This document shows, in pieces, positions 17,730 to 24,212 of a stretch of DNA of 24,212 nucleotides. The stretch lies in IMG/VR virus record IMGVR_UViG_2529292882_000019; one strand, given 5' to 3'. A program made the position numbers and the translations under genes. This stretch comes from a virus (Duplodnaviria > Heunggongvirae > Uroviricota > Caudoviricetes). Every line of letters begins with the position of its first letter. Positions within the stretch are counted from its first letter, which is position 1. The notes under the pieces were generated by a model. It saw only the letters and a program-made list of their open reading frames with translations, searched no databases and was not told the DNA's origin.

Positions 17730-18121
17730 TGTCTGAACCCTTATCCGGTTCCGGCACGGCTGTGGCGCTCGGCGGGGCGACGGTATTCGGGCTGTTTACC
17801 GGAACGGATTTCGGGATTGTGTTTGGTGCGTTCGCCGGGGCGTTATTTGTGGCAACGATGCCGCAGGCGCTTTCAGCCTGGCGTGTGGCGGCGCATTTTC
17901 TGGTGTCGTTCATTATCGGCGTGCTGGGCGCAGAGGTTCTGGCATCCTGGCTGGTAAAGCATACAGGGTTTGACGGTGCGCCTGTCGACGCACTGTGTGC
18001 AGTGCTGGTGTCAGTGGTGTCGGTGAAGATTCTCTCGTTCATCCACCAGCAGGATATTGCATCACTGGTGTCCGGCCTGTTCTCCCGTCTGCGGGGTGGA
18101 GGAGGCGGCAATGTTAAGTAA
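17730..18121 (+). CDS. Putative holin, about 130 aa multi-TM protein
   Basis: AGGAGA RBS. Gly/Ala-rich hydrophobic segments. First gene of the lysis cassette after the late terminators. Confidence 0.6.
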
Positions 18122-18389
18122 CATTCCCGGATTGCTGAATGTAGCGTTATGCACGGTTATCGTGCTGACGCTCTTTTTTTATCGTCGCCGTGATTCCAGA
18201 CATAAACCGCTGATGTCATGGCTGGCCTGGCTGCTGATGCTGCTGTATGCCTTTGCGCCCCTCAGCTATCTGTGTGGTCGCCCGTTAGCAACGGGCTGGC
18301 TGGAAGTGCTTTTTAACCTGCTGTTCTGCGTGCTGGTGATACGCGCACGTGGGAACGTCACAAAAATCTTTGTATTACGAAGGCGCTGA
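18111..18389 (+). CDS. Second small lysis-cassette membrane protein (holin/antiholin-like), 92 aa
   Basis: Two or three hydrophobic helices. Overlap coupling with the holin stop. Lies between holin and endolysin. Confidence 0.55.
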   Translation: MLSNIPGLLNVALCTVIVLTLFFYRRRDSRHKPLMSWLAWLLMLLYAFAPLSYLCGRPLATGWLEVLFNLLFCVLVIRARGNVTKIFVLRRR

Positions 18390-18390
18390 T

Positions 18391-18807
18391 ATGAAGTCGA
18401 AAGATGAAATTTTTGACGAAGTTCTGGGAAAAGAGGGCGGTTACGTCAATCACCCGGATGATAAAGGCGGACCGACAAAATGGGGTATTACGGAAAAAGT
18501 CGCCCGCGCTCACGGATATCAGGGCGATATGCGTGACCTGACACGCGAACAGGCGCTGGAAATCCTTGAGGCGGATTACTGGTTCGGACCACGCTTTGAT
18601 CAGGTGGCCGCATTATCCTCTGATATTGCTGCAGAGTTGTGTGATACCGGTGTGAATATGGGGCCGTCCGTAGCATCGAAAATGCTCCAACGCTGGCTGA
18701 ACGTTTTCAACCTGCAAGGCAAATTGTTCCCGGATATGGACGCAGACGGGCGTATCGGCCCCCGCACGATTAATGCACTACGGACTTATCTGCAAAAACG
18801 TGGCTGA
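18391..18807 (+). CDS. Endolysin, GH108-type N-terminal domain; probably truncated in its C-terminal peptidoglycan-binding domain by insertion of the Mu-like element at 18805
   Basis: N-terminus MKSKDEIFDEVLGKEGGYVNHPDDKGGPTKWGIT is characteristic of GH108 phage lysozymes. ORF ends at a TGA formed by the first bases of the Mu-type terminal sequence, after only about 25 aa of the expected C-terminal domain. Confidence 0.7.
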   Translation: MKSKDEIFDEVLGKEGGYVNHPDDKGGPTKWGITEKVARAHGYQGDMRDLTREQALEILEADYWFGPRFDQVAALSSDIAAELCDTGVNMGPSVASKMLQRWLNVFNLQGKLFPDMDADGRIGPRTINALRTYLQKRG

Positions 18808-18877
18808 AGCGGCGCACGAAAAACGCGAAAGCGTTTCACGATAAATGCGAAAACTTTAGCTTTCGCGCTTCAAATGA

Positions 18878-18903
18878 AACAGCAGTATTAATTACTGCTT
18901 TTT
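18878..18903 (-). terminator. Hairpin terminator downstream of mom
   Basis: Stem GCAGTA/TACTGC with 5-nt loop, U-rich 3' flank on the minus-strand transcript. Confidence 0.5.
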
Positions 18904-18919
18904 ATTCATTACATGGGGA

Positions 18920-19645
18920 TCACTTAGGGTATGGCTGAACCTTGAATAGCTTGGTATTTAGTCGCTTCCTTGCTCGCTTGTTCAGGAACCTGATGTAGCG
19001 ATACTGATTAAATTTGTGCACCACGGCACGCTCTTTATTAGCCCGTAAATACACGCCTCGTTGTCCACCGCGTTTAATCGCGTTCATCGTTATCTCGTGA
19101 TACCACTCACCATCCAGCTCGTAGAACGTGCTTTCATGGCTGCCAATAAAATCAAAATTTGACGCCTGATACACAACGCCAGCACGTCCGCAGCGTTCGT
19201 CTGCAAAAGACTGAACCCACTCCACTGACGGATACAGTAACCTTATGGTTTTCAGTGCATAACTGATGGCCCGTGATTCAGAGTTGCGGGGCATGTCGTC
19301 GTGTAGCCACATGCGGTTCAACTCCATATAGCCCCGGTTATCCGTTTCAAGCACGACACGACGACCTGAGTTGGGGTTAAGGGCATATCCCCACTGGAGA
19401 ACGCCAACCAGATCGCGTCCGCTGAATACTCCCAGGTGGAGGTAAGAGTTATTCACAAAACGGCGGGAATAGTGCTTTGTCTGAATAATTGTGCGGGCCA
19501 GCCAGCAGGATATGGTTTCAACGCGCAGCTCCTTTGAACCATAGCCAACAATCTGGCCTTCATACTCAATAACGCACGGTTTCGTCAGAATGCGTGATTT
19601 TTTCTCTTTTCCCACAATGTTTCTCCGTGGGATGCTCGCAGGCAT
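18920..19645 (-). CDS. mom: Mom-like DNA modification protein (anti-restriction adenine modification)
   Basis: ORF immediately downstream of and overlapping com, next to the Mu-type end. The ORF-track start may overestimate the N-terminus because mom starts inside com. Confidence 0.7.
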   Translation of the reverse strand: MPASIPRRNIVGKEKKSRILTKPCVIEYEGQIVGYGSKELRVETISCWLARTIIQTKHYSRRFVNNSYLHLGVFSGRDLVGVLQWGYALNPNSGRRVVLETDNRGYMELNRMWLHDDMPRNSESRAISYALKTIRLLYPSVEWVQSFADERCGRAGVVYQASNFDFIGSHESTFYELDGEWYHEITMNAIKRGGQRGVYLRANKERAVVHKFNQYRYIRFLNKRARKRLNTKLFKVQPYPK

Positions 19646-19754
19646 TCAGCATTATGATGTGACGTTTGCAACGCGGACACCTGATTTCAATGTGATCAAA
19701 GGAATCCGCCTTAAATAACAGTTTGTTGCAGTTTTTACAGCGAATTGATTTCAT
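19566..19754 (-). CDS. com: Com, zinc-finger translational activator of mom, 62 aa
   Basis: [42 protein letters not shown]... with CxxC...CxxC zinc finger. 62 aa, overlapping the mom start. Strong GGAGGTGA RBS. Confidence 0.85.
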   Translation of the reverse strand: MKSIRCKNCNKLLFKADSFDHIEIRCPRCKRHIIMLNACEHPTEKHCGKREKITHSDETVRY

Positions 19755-19828
19755 CTCACCTCCTTTGCATCAATTCGCCACTATCTTAAAAAACATCATG
19801 GGTTAAGTGTGGTTATTAAGACATAATC

Positions 19829-19863
19829 GATCTGTATTACCGATCGATTTGATTGATTCGATC
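19829..19863. promoter_or_regulatory. Cluster of three GATC (Dam) sites upstream of com-mom, overlapping the gin 3' end; putative Dam/OxyR-controlled mom regulatory region
   Basis: GATC at 19829, 19842 and 19860 within 35 bp, about 75-110 bp upstream of com. Mu mom transcription is known to depend on methylation of three upstream GATC sites. Confidence 0.55.
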
Positions 19864-20430
19864 GTCGTTTTCTATATGCGTTCGTTTCGCGGGGTGTTTT
19901 TTATACAGAGTTGACAGGGCCACATCGTAGATCAATGCAACCTGCTTGCGGGGGATTCCTTGTGCTAATAAACGCCCGGCCTGCTCCCATTCCGCTTTGG
20001 TTAGTTTAGGTGGTCGCCCACCAATACGGCCTTTATTTCTGGCGGCAGCAAGTCCAGCCATCGTTCGCTCGATGATTAGTTCTCGTTCCATCTCAGCCAG
20101 GGCACCCATAACGTGGAAGAAAAAACGCCCCATTGGAGATGACGTATCAATACTGTCAGTAAGACTGCGAAAATTAATCCCTCGCTCTCGTAATTCCCCT
20201 ACGAGAGAAATCAAATGTTTCATGCTTCGCCCGAGGCGATCCAGTTTCCAGACAACAAGTGTGTCACCTTTTTGAAGGCGCTTTAAAGCGCGTTTTAATC
20301 CAGGTCTGTCTGTCCTTGTTCCGCTTAATTTATCTTCAAATATTTGTTCACATCCTGCACAAACAAGAGCGTTTCGTTGCAGGTCTGTATTCTGGTCATT
20401 TGTTGATACCCTTACATAGCCAATCAGCAC
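19837..20430 (-). CDS. gin: Gin/Pin-family serine DNA invertase, 197 aa
   Basis: N-terminal catalytic serine motif (YVRVSTNDQ) and C-terminal HTH. Adjacent to a gix-like crossover site and an invertible tail-fibre segment. Confidence 0.9.
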   Translation of the reverse strand: MLIGYVRVSTNDQNTDLQRNALVCAGCEQIFEDKLSGTRTDRPGLKRALKRLQKGDTLVVWKLDRLGRSMKHLISLVGELRERGINFRSLTDSIDTSSPMGRFFFHVMGALAEMERELIIERTMAGLAAARNKGRIGGRPPKLTKAEWEQAGRLLAQGIPRKQVALIYDVALSTLYKKHPAKRTHIENDDRINQIDR

Positions 20431-20503
20431 TCTGGATCTCCCGTTTAAAAGCGCAAATCATGCCATGCAGGCCGGAAACAGCCATTATCTAAAACCTCGG
20501 TTT
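19837..20503. repeat. Left arm of an inverted repeat of at least 667 bp (partner 23546..24212), comprising gin plus the outer half of the gix site
   Basis: Coordinates map as x to 44049-x. Identity checked at both ends of the arm and across the junction, and the two gin translations are identical. Identity stops at 20503/23546. Confidence 0.85.
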
Positions 20504-20510
20504 GCAGGAA
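20485..20510. promoter_or_regulatory. gix-like 26-bp recombination site (gin-proximal)
   Basis: TTATCTAAAACC-TC-GGTTTGCAGGAA, two mismatches to the recalled gix consensus TTATCCAAAACCTCGGTTTACAGGAA. Central TC at 20497-20498. Confidence 0.75.
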
Positions 20511-21749
20511 ACGGTAAATCAGGCTTCTGGCGCATTACAAAAAAACCAGAACGGCGCGGATATTCCTGATAAGGGTCGCTTCCTGAGTAACATAAATGTT
20601 TACAGCAAAGGCGAGGTGGATAAGAAAAAAGGAATGCGGCAGTACGCATTTAATGCGCCGTCTAATGCAGTTGGTGGAAAGTGGTATCCAGTTATTTTCC
20701 GGCGTTCCACAGGCAGCACTGGCGAGCTGGCTTCCAGAGTGATTATAACGACCACATCTGCCGGTGGTAATTACGAAATGAATAACTGCGAATTCAATGG
20801 AATGGTAATGCCTGGTGGCTGGACTGATCGTGGCTCATATGCGGCAGGTTATTTTTCGACGTATCAGACTAATGAGCGCGCAATCCATTCCATTGTAACA
20901 AGCCTTAAAGAAGATGATGTATGCAGCGTTTTTTACGTTGAAGGCAGGGCTTTTCCTGTGCGGGTTTCTGCTGAAGAAGGGCTAACGGTTATTGTTCCAA
21001 CTCAGGATTATACCGTCGGTCAAACAACATATAAGTGGGGAGCAACTAATCCCGCGACAGAAAGCACGAACGCACAAGCTATTCTGGATTTTAACAATGG
21101 GCGAGGGTTTTATTGTTCTCACTCAATATTCGGTATTAATGCCATTTTTAGCGGAAATCTGGGGATTGGAACGGCTAATGCCCTGGGTGGCAATTCAATA
21201 GTTTTAGGAGATAACGATACCGGGTTTAAACAAAATGGTGATGGGGTGCTGGATGCTTATGCTAATGGTGTGCATGTATTCCGCTTTAGAAATGGTTCAG
21301 CAATATCATTAAAGGGTATTCAGGCTGGGGAAAGTAAGTTATTCACACTTTCAAGTGCAAATACCGCTGCCCGTAATGCATCATTTAACTTGTGGGGAAA
21401 TTCGTCAAGACCAACTGTTGCAGAGCTTGGTGATGATTCAGGCTGGCATTTCTATAGTCAGCGAAATACAGATAACTCGGTGACATTTGCTGTAAACGGT
21501 CAGATACAACCAAGCAACTGGGGTAACATTGATTCCCGATATGTGAAAGATGTTCGGCTTGGTTCACAGCAATATTATGGTGTGAACAACTGGCAAACAT
21601 GGAACTTCCAGTGCCCTTCAGGTCATGTATTGTCTGGTATAAATGTTCAGGATACAGGGTCAAATTCTGCCGATAATATAGCTGGCGTTTATTACAGACC
21701 AGTTCAAAAGTATATAAATGGCACCTGGTATAATGTAGCGAGCGTTTAA
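20502..21749 (+). CDS. Tail-fibre variable C-terminal module (S'v-like); no own start codon expected
   Basis: Frame opens immediately inside the gix site (track start is TTG). Gly/Asn/Ser/Thr-rich sequence typical of receptor-binding tips. Followed by a tail-fibre assembly gene. Confidence 0.7.
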   Translation: MQETVNQASGALQKNQNGADIPDKGRFLSNINVYSKGEVDKKKGMRQYAFNAPSNAVGGKWYPVIFRRSTGSTGELASRVIITTTSAGGNYEMNNCEFNGMVMPGGWTDRGSYAAGYFSTYQTNERAIHSIVTSLKEDDVCSVFYVEGRAFPVRVSAEEGLTVIVPTQDYTVGQTTYKWGATNPATESTNAQAILDFNNGRGFYCSHSIFGINAIFSGNLGIGTANALGGNSIVLGDNDTGFKQNGDGVLDAYANGVHVFRFRNGSAISLKGIQAGESKLFTLSSANTAARNASFNLWGNSSRPTVAELGDDSGWHFYSQRNTDNSVTFAVNGQIQPSNWGNIDSRYVKDVRLGSQQYYGVNNWQTWNFQCPSGHVLSGINVQDTGSNSADNIAGVYYRPVQKYINGTWYNVASV

Positions 21750-21750
21750 T

Positions 21751-22278
21751 ATGATGCACTTAAAGAACATAAAAGCGGGTAACGCTAAAACACTGGAACA
21801 GTATGAGTTAACAAAGAAGCATGGAGTCATCTGGCTTTACACTGAAGACGGGAAAAACTGGTATGAGGAAGTGAAGAACTTTCAGTCAGACACAATAAAG
21901 ATTGTTTACGATGAAAATAATATTATTGTCGCTATCACCAGAGATGCTTCAACGCTTAATCCTGAAGGTTTTAGCGTTGTTGAGGTTCCTGATATTACCT
22001 CCAGCCGACGTGCTGACGACTCAGGTAAATGGATGTTTAAGGATGGTGCTGTGGTTAAACGGATTTATACGGCAGATGAACAGCAACAACAGGCAGAATC
22101 ACAAAAGGCCGCGTTACTTTCCGAAGCGGAAAGCGTTATTCAGCCACTGGAGCGCGCTGTCAGGCTGAATATGGCGACGGATGAAGAGCGTAGCCGACTG
22201 GAAGTATGGGAACGCTACAGTGTTATGGTCAGCCGTGTGGATACGGCAAAGCCAGAATGGCCACAAAAGCCTGAGTAA
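21751..22278 (+). CDS. Tail fibre assembly protein (U'-like), 175 aa
   Basis: N-terminus [11 protein letters not shown]... typical of Tfa/U chaperones. Paralogous to the minus-strand copy at 22307..22840. Confidence 0.8.
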   Translation: MMHLKNIKAGNAKTLEQYELTKKHGVIWLYTEDGKNWYEEVKNFQSDTIKIVYDENNIIVAITRDASTLNPEGFSVVEVPDITSSRRADDSGKWMFKDGAVVKRIYTADEQQQQAESQKAALLSEAESVIQPLERAVRLNMATDEERSRLEVWERYSVMVSRVDTAKPEWPQKPE

Positions 22279-22306
22279 AAATTAAGGCCCGATATCGGGC
22301 CTTCTC

Positions 22307-22840
22307 TCATTCTGGTTGTTCGGGAAACGTTACTGGCAAGCGGGAAGTGTCTGTAGATTCGACTTTTTGCGCAAAGAGCATCCACTCTGTTAATTTTTGT
22401 TTATTCTCGTCGGAAATGATGCCCAGCCGTAGCTGTGAGTCCCATAGCTGGGTTTTATCCCTGACAAGTTGCAACAGGCTTTGCTTTTCATTTTCCGATT
22501 GTTGCCTCTGTTCTTCCTCGGTATAAGTTCGCTTTATCACTACGCCATCTTTGAACATCCATTTACCCGAAATGTCAGCACGGCGATTTGCTGTAATATC
22601 AGGTAATTCAACGACGCTTGCGCCTTCCGGATTAATTGCTGAAACATCCTTTTCAATACAAATAATAACGCCGTTATGGTCATAGACCATTTTCAAAGTG
22701 TCTGGCTGGAAATTCTTTTGTTCCTCATACCAGTTTTTTCCATCCTCTGAATAAAGCCATTTGATGTTAAATTGTTTCGTTAGCTGGTATTGCTCTTTTG
22801 TTTTAGGGTTGCCAGCAGTAATGTTTTTTAAGTGCATCAT
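22307..22840 (-). CDS. Tail fibre assembly protein (U-like), 177 aa
   Basis: Paralogue of the plus-strand Tfa (MMHLKNITAGN...). Convergent arrangement typical of invertible tail-fibre segments. Confidence 0.8.
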   Translation of the reverse strand: MMHLKNITAGNPKTKEQYQLTKQFNIKWLYSEDGKNWYEEQKNFQPDTLKMVYDHNGVIICIEKDVSAINPEGASVVELPDITANRRADISGKWMFKDGVVIKRTYTEEEQRQQSENEKQSLLQLVRDKTQLWDSQLRLGIISDENKQKLTEWMLFAQKVESTDTSRLPVTFPEQPE

Positions 22841-22842
22841 CG

Positions 22843-23556
22843 TTAAATACTCCCCGCGTTATACCACGTTCCATTAATGCAATACTGAATTGGTCTTGCC
22901 TGAGTTGTATCAATTAATTCGTCACGGTTCCCGTTAACTGAACCCGTAACGACATAACCTGACCTGTCAGACCAGCCGGGGCCATTCCATGTCTGAACAG
23001 ATGACAGACCGCCAAGGCGAATACCTGTAATAAACCTTGAGTTACATTCTGCCTGAGTATATGCACCAACATCTCCCGCTGAAGGTTTTCGTGTCGTGGT
23101 ATAGAAATCTGACCAACCTAATTCAAACCCATAACCATCACGAGCCGACCTGTAGGAAATGCCACCATTTTTATAATTCACACGGAATTGTACGGCAGGA
23201 CAGCTACCAGCATTTATATTAAAGTGAAGAATTAATGCAGATGCACCACCAATTAGGGCGTTATATGCACCACTATCCCAATTCCATCCAACGGATGTAT
23301 CACCATTAACAGTATTACCTGTTTGTCGGAGTGCAAATGCATTGACATTTTTGGCACTAATTGAAATATCGCTAGAACCATCAAAACCAACTCCAGCAAT
23401 TTTTCGTGCTGTTTTCAGCTTTGTTGCAGTAGCGGCATTGCCGGACAGTTCCCCAGAAAGGCCACCACTGAATGTTTGTCGATTGGTCCAGGTATTCGCC
23501 GTACTGAGTAACGGTATTTTTTCCCCGCTTGTGCCGAGTTCTCGTAAACCGAGGTT
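22843..23556 (-). CDS. Alternative tail-fibre variable C-terminal module (Sv-like); frame open from the gix site, no own start
   Basis: Hand-translation shows the minus-strand frame open from 23556 to 22843 (track shows only the GTG-initiated 112-aa part). Gly/Asn/Ser/Thr-rich tip sequence. Confidence 0.7.
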   Translation of the reverse strand, partial: NLGLRELGTSGEKIPLLSTANTWTNRQTFSGGLSGELSGNAATATKLKTARKIAGVGFDGSSDISISAKNVNAFALRQTGNTVNGDTSVGWNWDSGAYNALIGGASALILHFNINAGSCPAVQFRVNYKNGGISYRSARDGYGFELGWSDFYTTTRKPSAGDVGAYTQAECNSRFITGIRLGGLSSVQTWNGPGWSDRSGYVVTGSVNGNRDELIDTTQARPIQYCINGTWYNAGSI

Positions 23557-23564
23557 TTAGATAA
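23539..23564. promoter_or_regulatory. gix-like 26-bp recombination site (distal)
   Basis: Reverse complement reads TTATCTAAAACC-TC-GGTTTACGAGAA. Outer half-site identical to the site at 20485-20510. Confidence 0.7.
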
Positions 23565-24212
23565 TGGCTGTTTCCGGCCTGCATGGCATGATTTGCGCTT
23601 TTAAACGGGAGATCCAGAGTGCTGATTGGCTATGTAAGGGTATCAACAAATGACCAGAATACAGACCTGCAACGAAACGCTCTTGTTTGTGCAGGATGTG
23701 AACAAATATTTGAAGATAAATTAAGCGGAACAAGGACAGACAGACCTGGATTAAAACGCGCTTTAAAGCGCCTTCAAAAAGGTGACACACTTGTTGTCTG
23801 GAAACTGGATCGCCTCGGGCGAAGCATGAAACATTTGATTTCTCTCGTAGGGGAATTACGAGAGCGAGGGATTAATTTTCGCAGTCTTACTGACAGTATT
23901 GATACGTCATCTCCAATGGGGCGTTTTTTCTTCCACGTTATGGGTGCCCTGGCTGAGATGGAACGAGAACTAATCATCGAGCGAACGATGGCTGGACTTG
24001 CTGCCGCCAGAAATAAAGGCCGTATTGGTGGGCGACCACCTAAACTAACCAAAGCGGAATGGGAGCAGGCCGGGCGTTTATTAGCACAAGGAATCCCCCG
24101 CAAGCAGGTTGCATTGATCTACGATGTGGCCCTGTCAACTCTGTATAAAAAACACCCCGCGAAACGAACGCATATAGAAAACGACGATCGAATCAATCAA
24201 ATCGATCGGTAA
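23546..24212. repeat. Right arm of the inverted repeat; reaches the window end, so its true extent is unknown
   Basis: Reverse complement of 19837..20503. Confidence 0.85.
23619..24212 (+). CDS. gin: Second, identical copy of the gin invertase gene in inverted orientation
   Basis: Translation is identical to the gin copy at 19837..20430. Lies within the inverted repeat 23546..24212. Confidence 0.85.
   Translation: MLIGYVRVSTNDQNTDLQRNALVCAGCEQIFEDKLSGTRTDRPGLKRALKRLQKGDTLVVWKLDRLGRSMKHLISLVGELRERGINFRSLTDSIDTSSPMGRFFFHVMGALAEMERELIIERTMAGLAAARNKGRIGGRPPKLTKAEWEQAGRLLAQGIPRKQVALIYDVALSTLYKKHPAKRTHIENDDRINQIDR

Larger units (their letters stand above)
20499..23550. other. Invertible G-like segment (about 3.05 kb) with two opposed sets of tail-fibre variable-part and tail-fibre-assembly genes
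   Basis: Bounded by two gix-like sites in inverted orientation. Contains convergent tail-fibre/Tfa pairs. Confidence 0.8.
18805..24212 (-). mobile_element. Right end of a bacteriophage Mu-like transposable prophage (attR, mom, com, gin, G segment); element continues beyond the window
   Basis: Sequence from 18805 (TGAAGCGGCGCACGAAAAACGCGAAAGCGTTTCACGATAAATGCGAAAAC) matches the Mu right-end MuA-binding repeats as recalled. Gene order mom-com-gin-G segment is the Mu right-arm order. The 5 bp before the end (GTGGC) fit the Mu target preference NYSRN. Confidence 0.8.

Noticed and set aside
17626-18111. Track ORF of 161 aa on the minus strand, Pro/Ala/Thr-rich
   Set aside because: It is antisense to the holin gene in GC-rich sequence, has low-complexity composition and no RBS; a typical shadow ORF.
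20259-20492. Track ORF of 77 aa (and its twin at 23557..23790) antisense within gin
   Set aside because: It lies entirely antisense inside the well-supported invertase gene and ends at the TAA in the gix site; it is a shadow ORF.

Overview
The first ~18.8 kb is the left arm of a Rac-like lambdoid prophage, read on the minus strand from the integrase: integrase/excisionase, a lambda Red module (exo, bet, gam), Rac-type early genes, a RacR/YdaS/YdaT-type immunity switch, O-like and P-like replication genes, nin-like genes, a Q-like antiterminator, two tRNAs and a holin/endolysin cassette. The endolysin gene is cut at 18804/18805 by the right end of a phage Mu-like element (mom, com, gin, invertible G segment with alternative tail-fibre modules) that runs to the end of the window. 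The strongest candidate for an undescribed system is an AT-rich two-gene cassette at 12537-14019 on the minus strand: a roughly 310-aa soluble protein, encoded in two frames joined at an A7 tract, translationally coupled to a 184-aa four-helix membrane protein. It sits between the replication genes and a Hok-family toxin gene, has its own candidate promoter and terminator, and I cannot assign either protein to a known family. Other points worth a second look are an inverted duplicate of gin on the far side of the G segment, an in-frame TAA in both gix-like sites, and a 677-aa acidic zinc-ribbon protein in the early operon. All calls come from reading the sequence and from recalled protein families; no database search was run.
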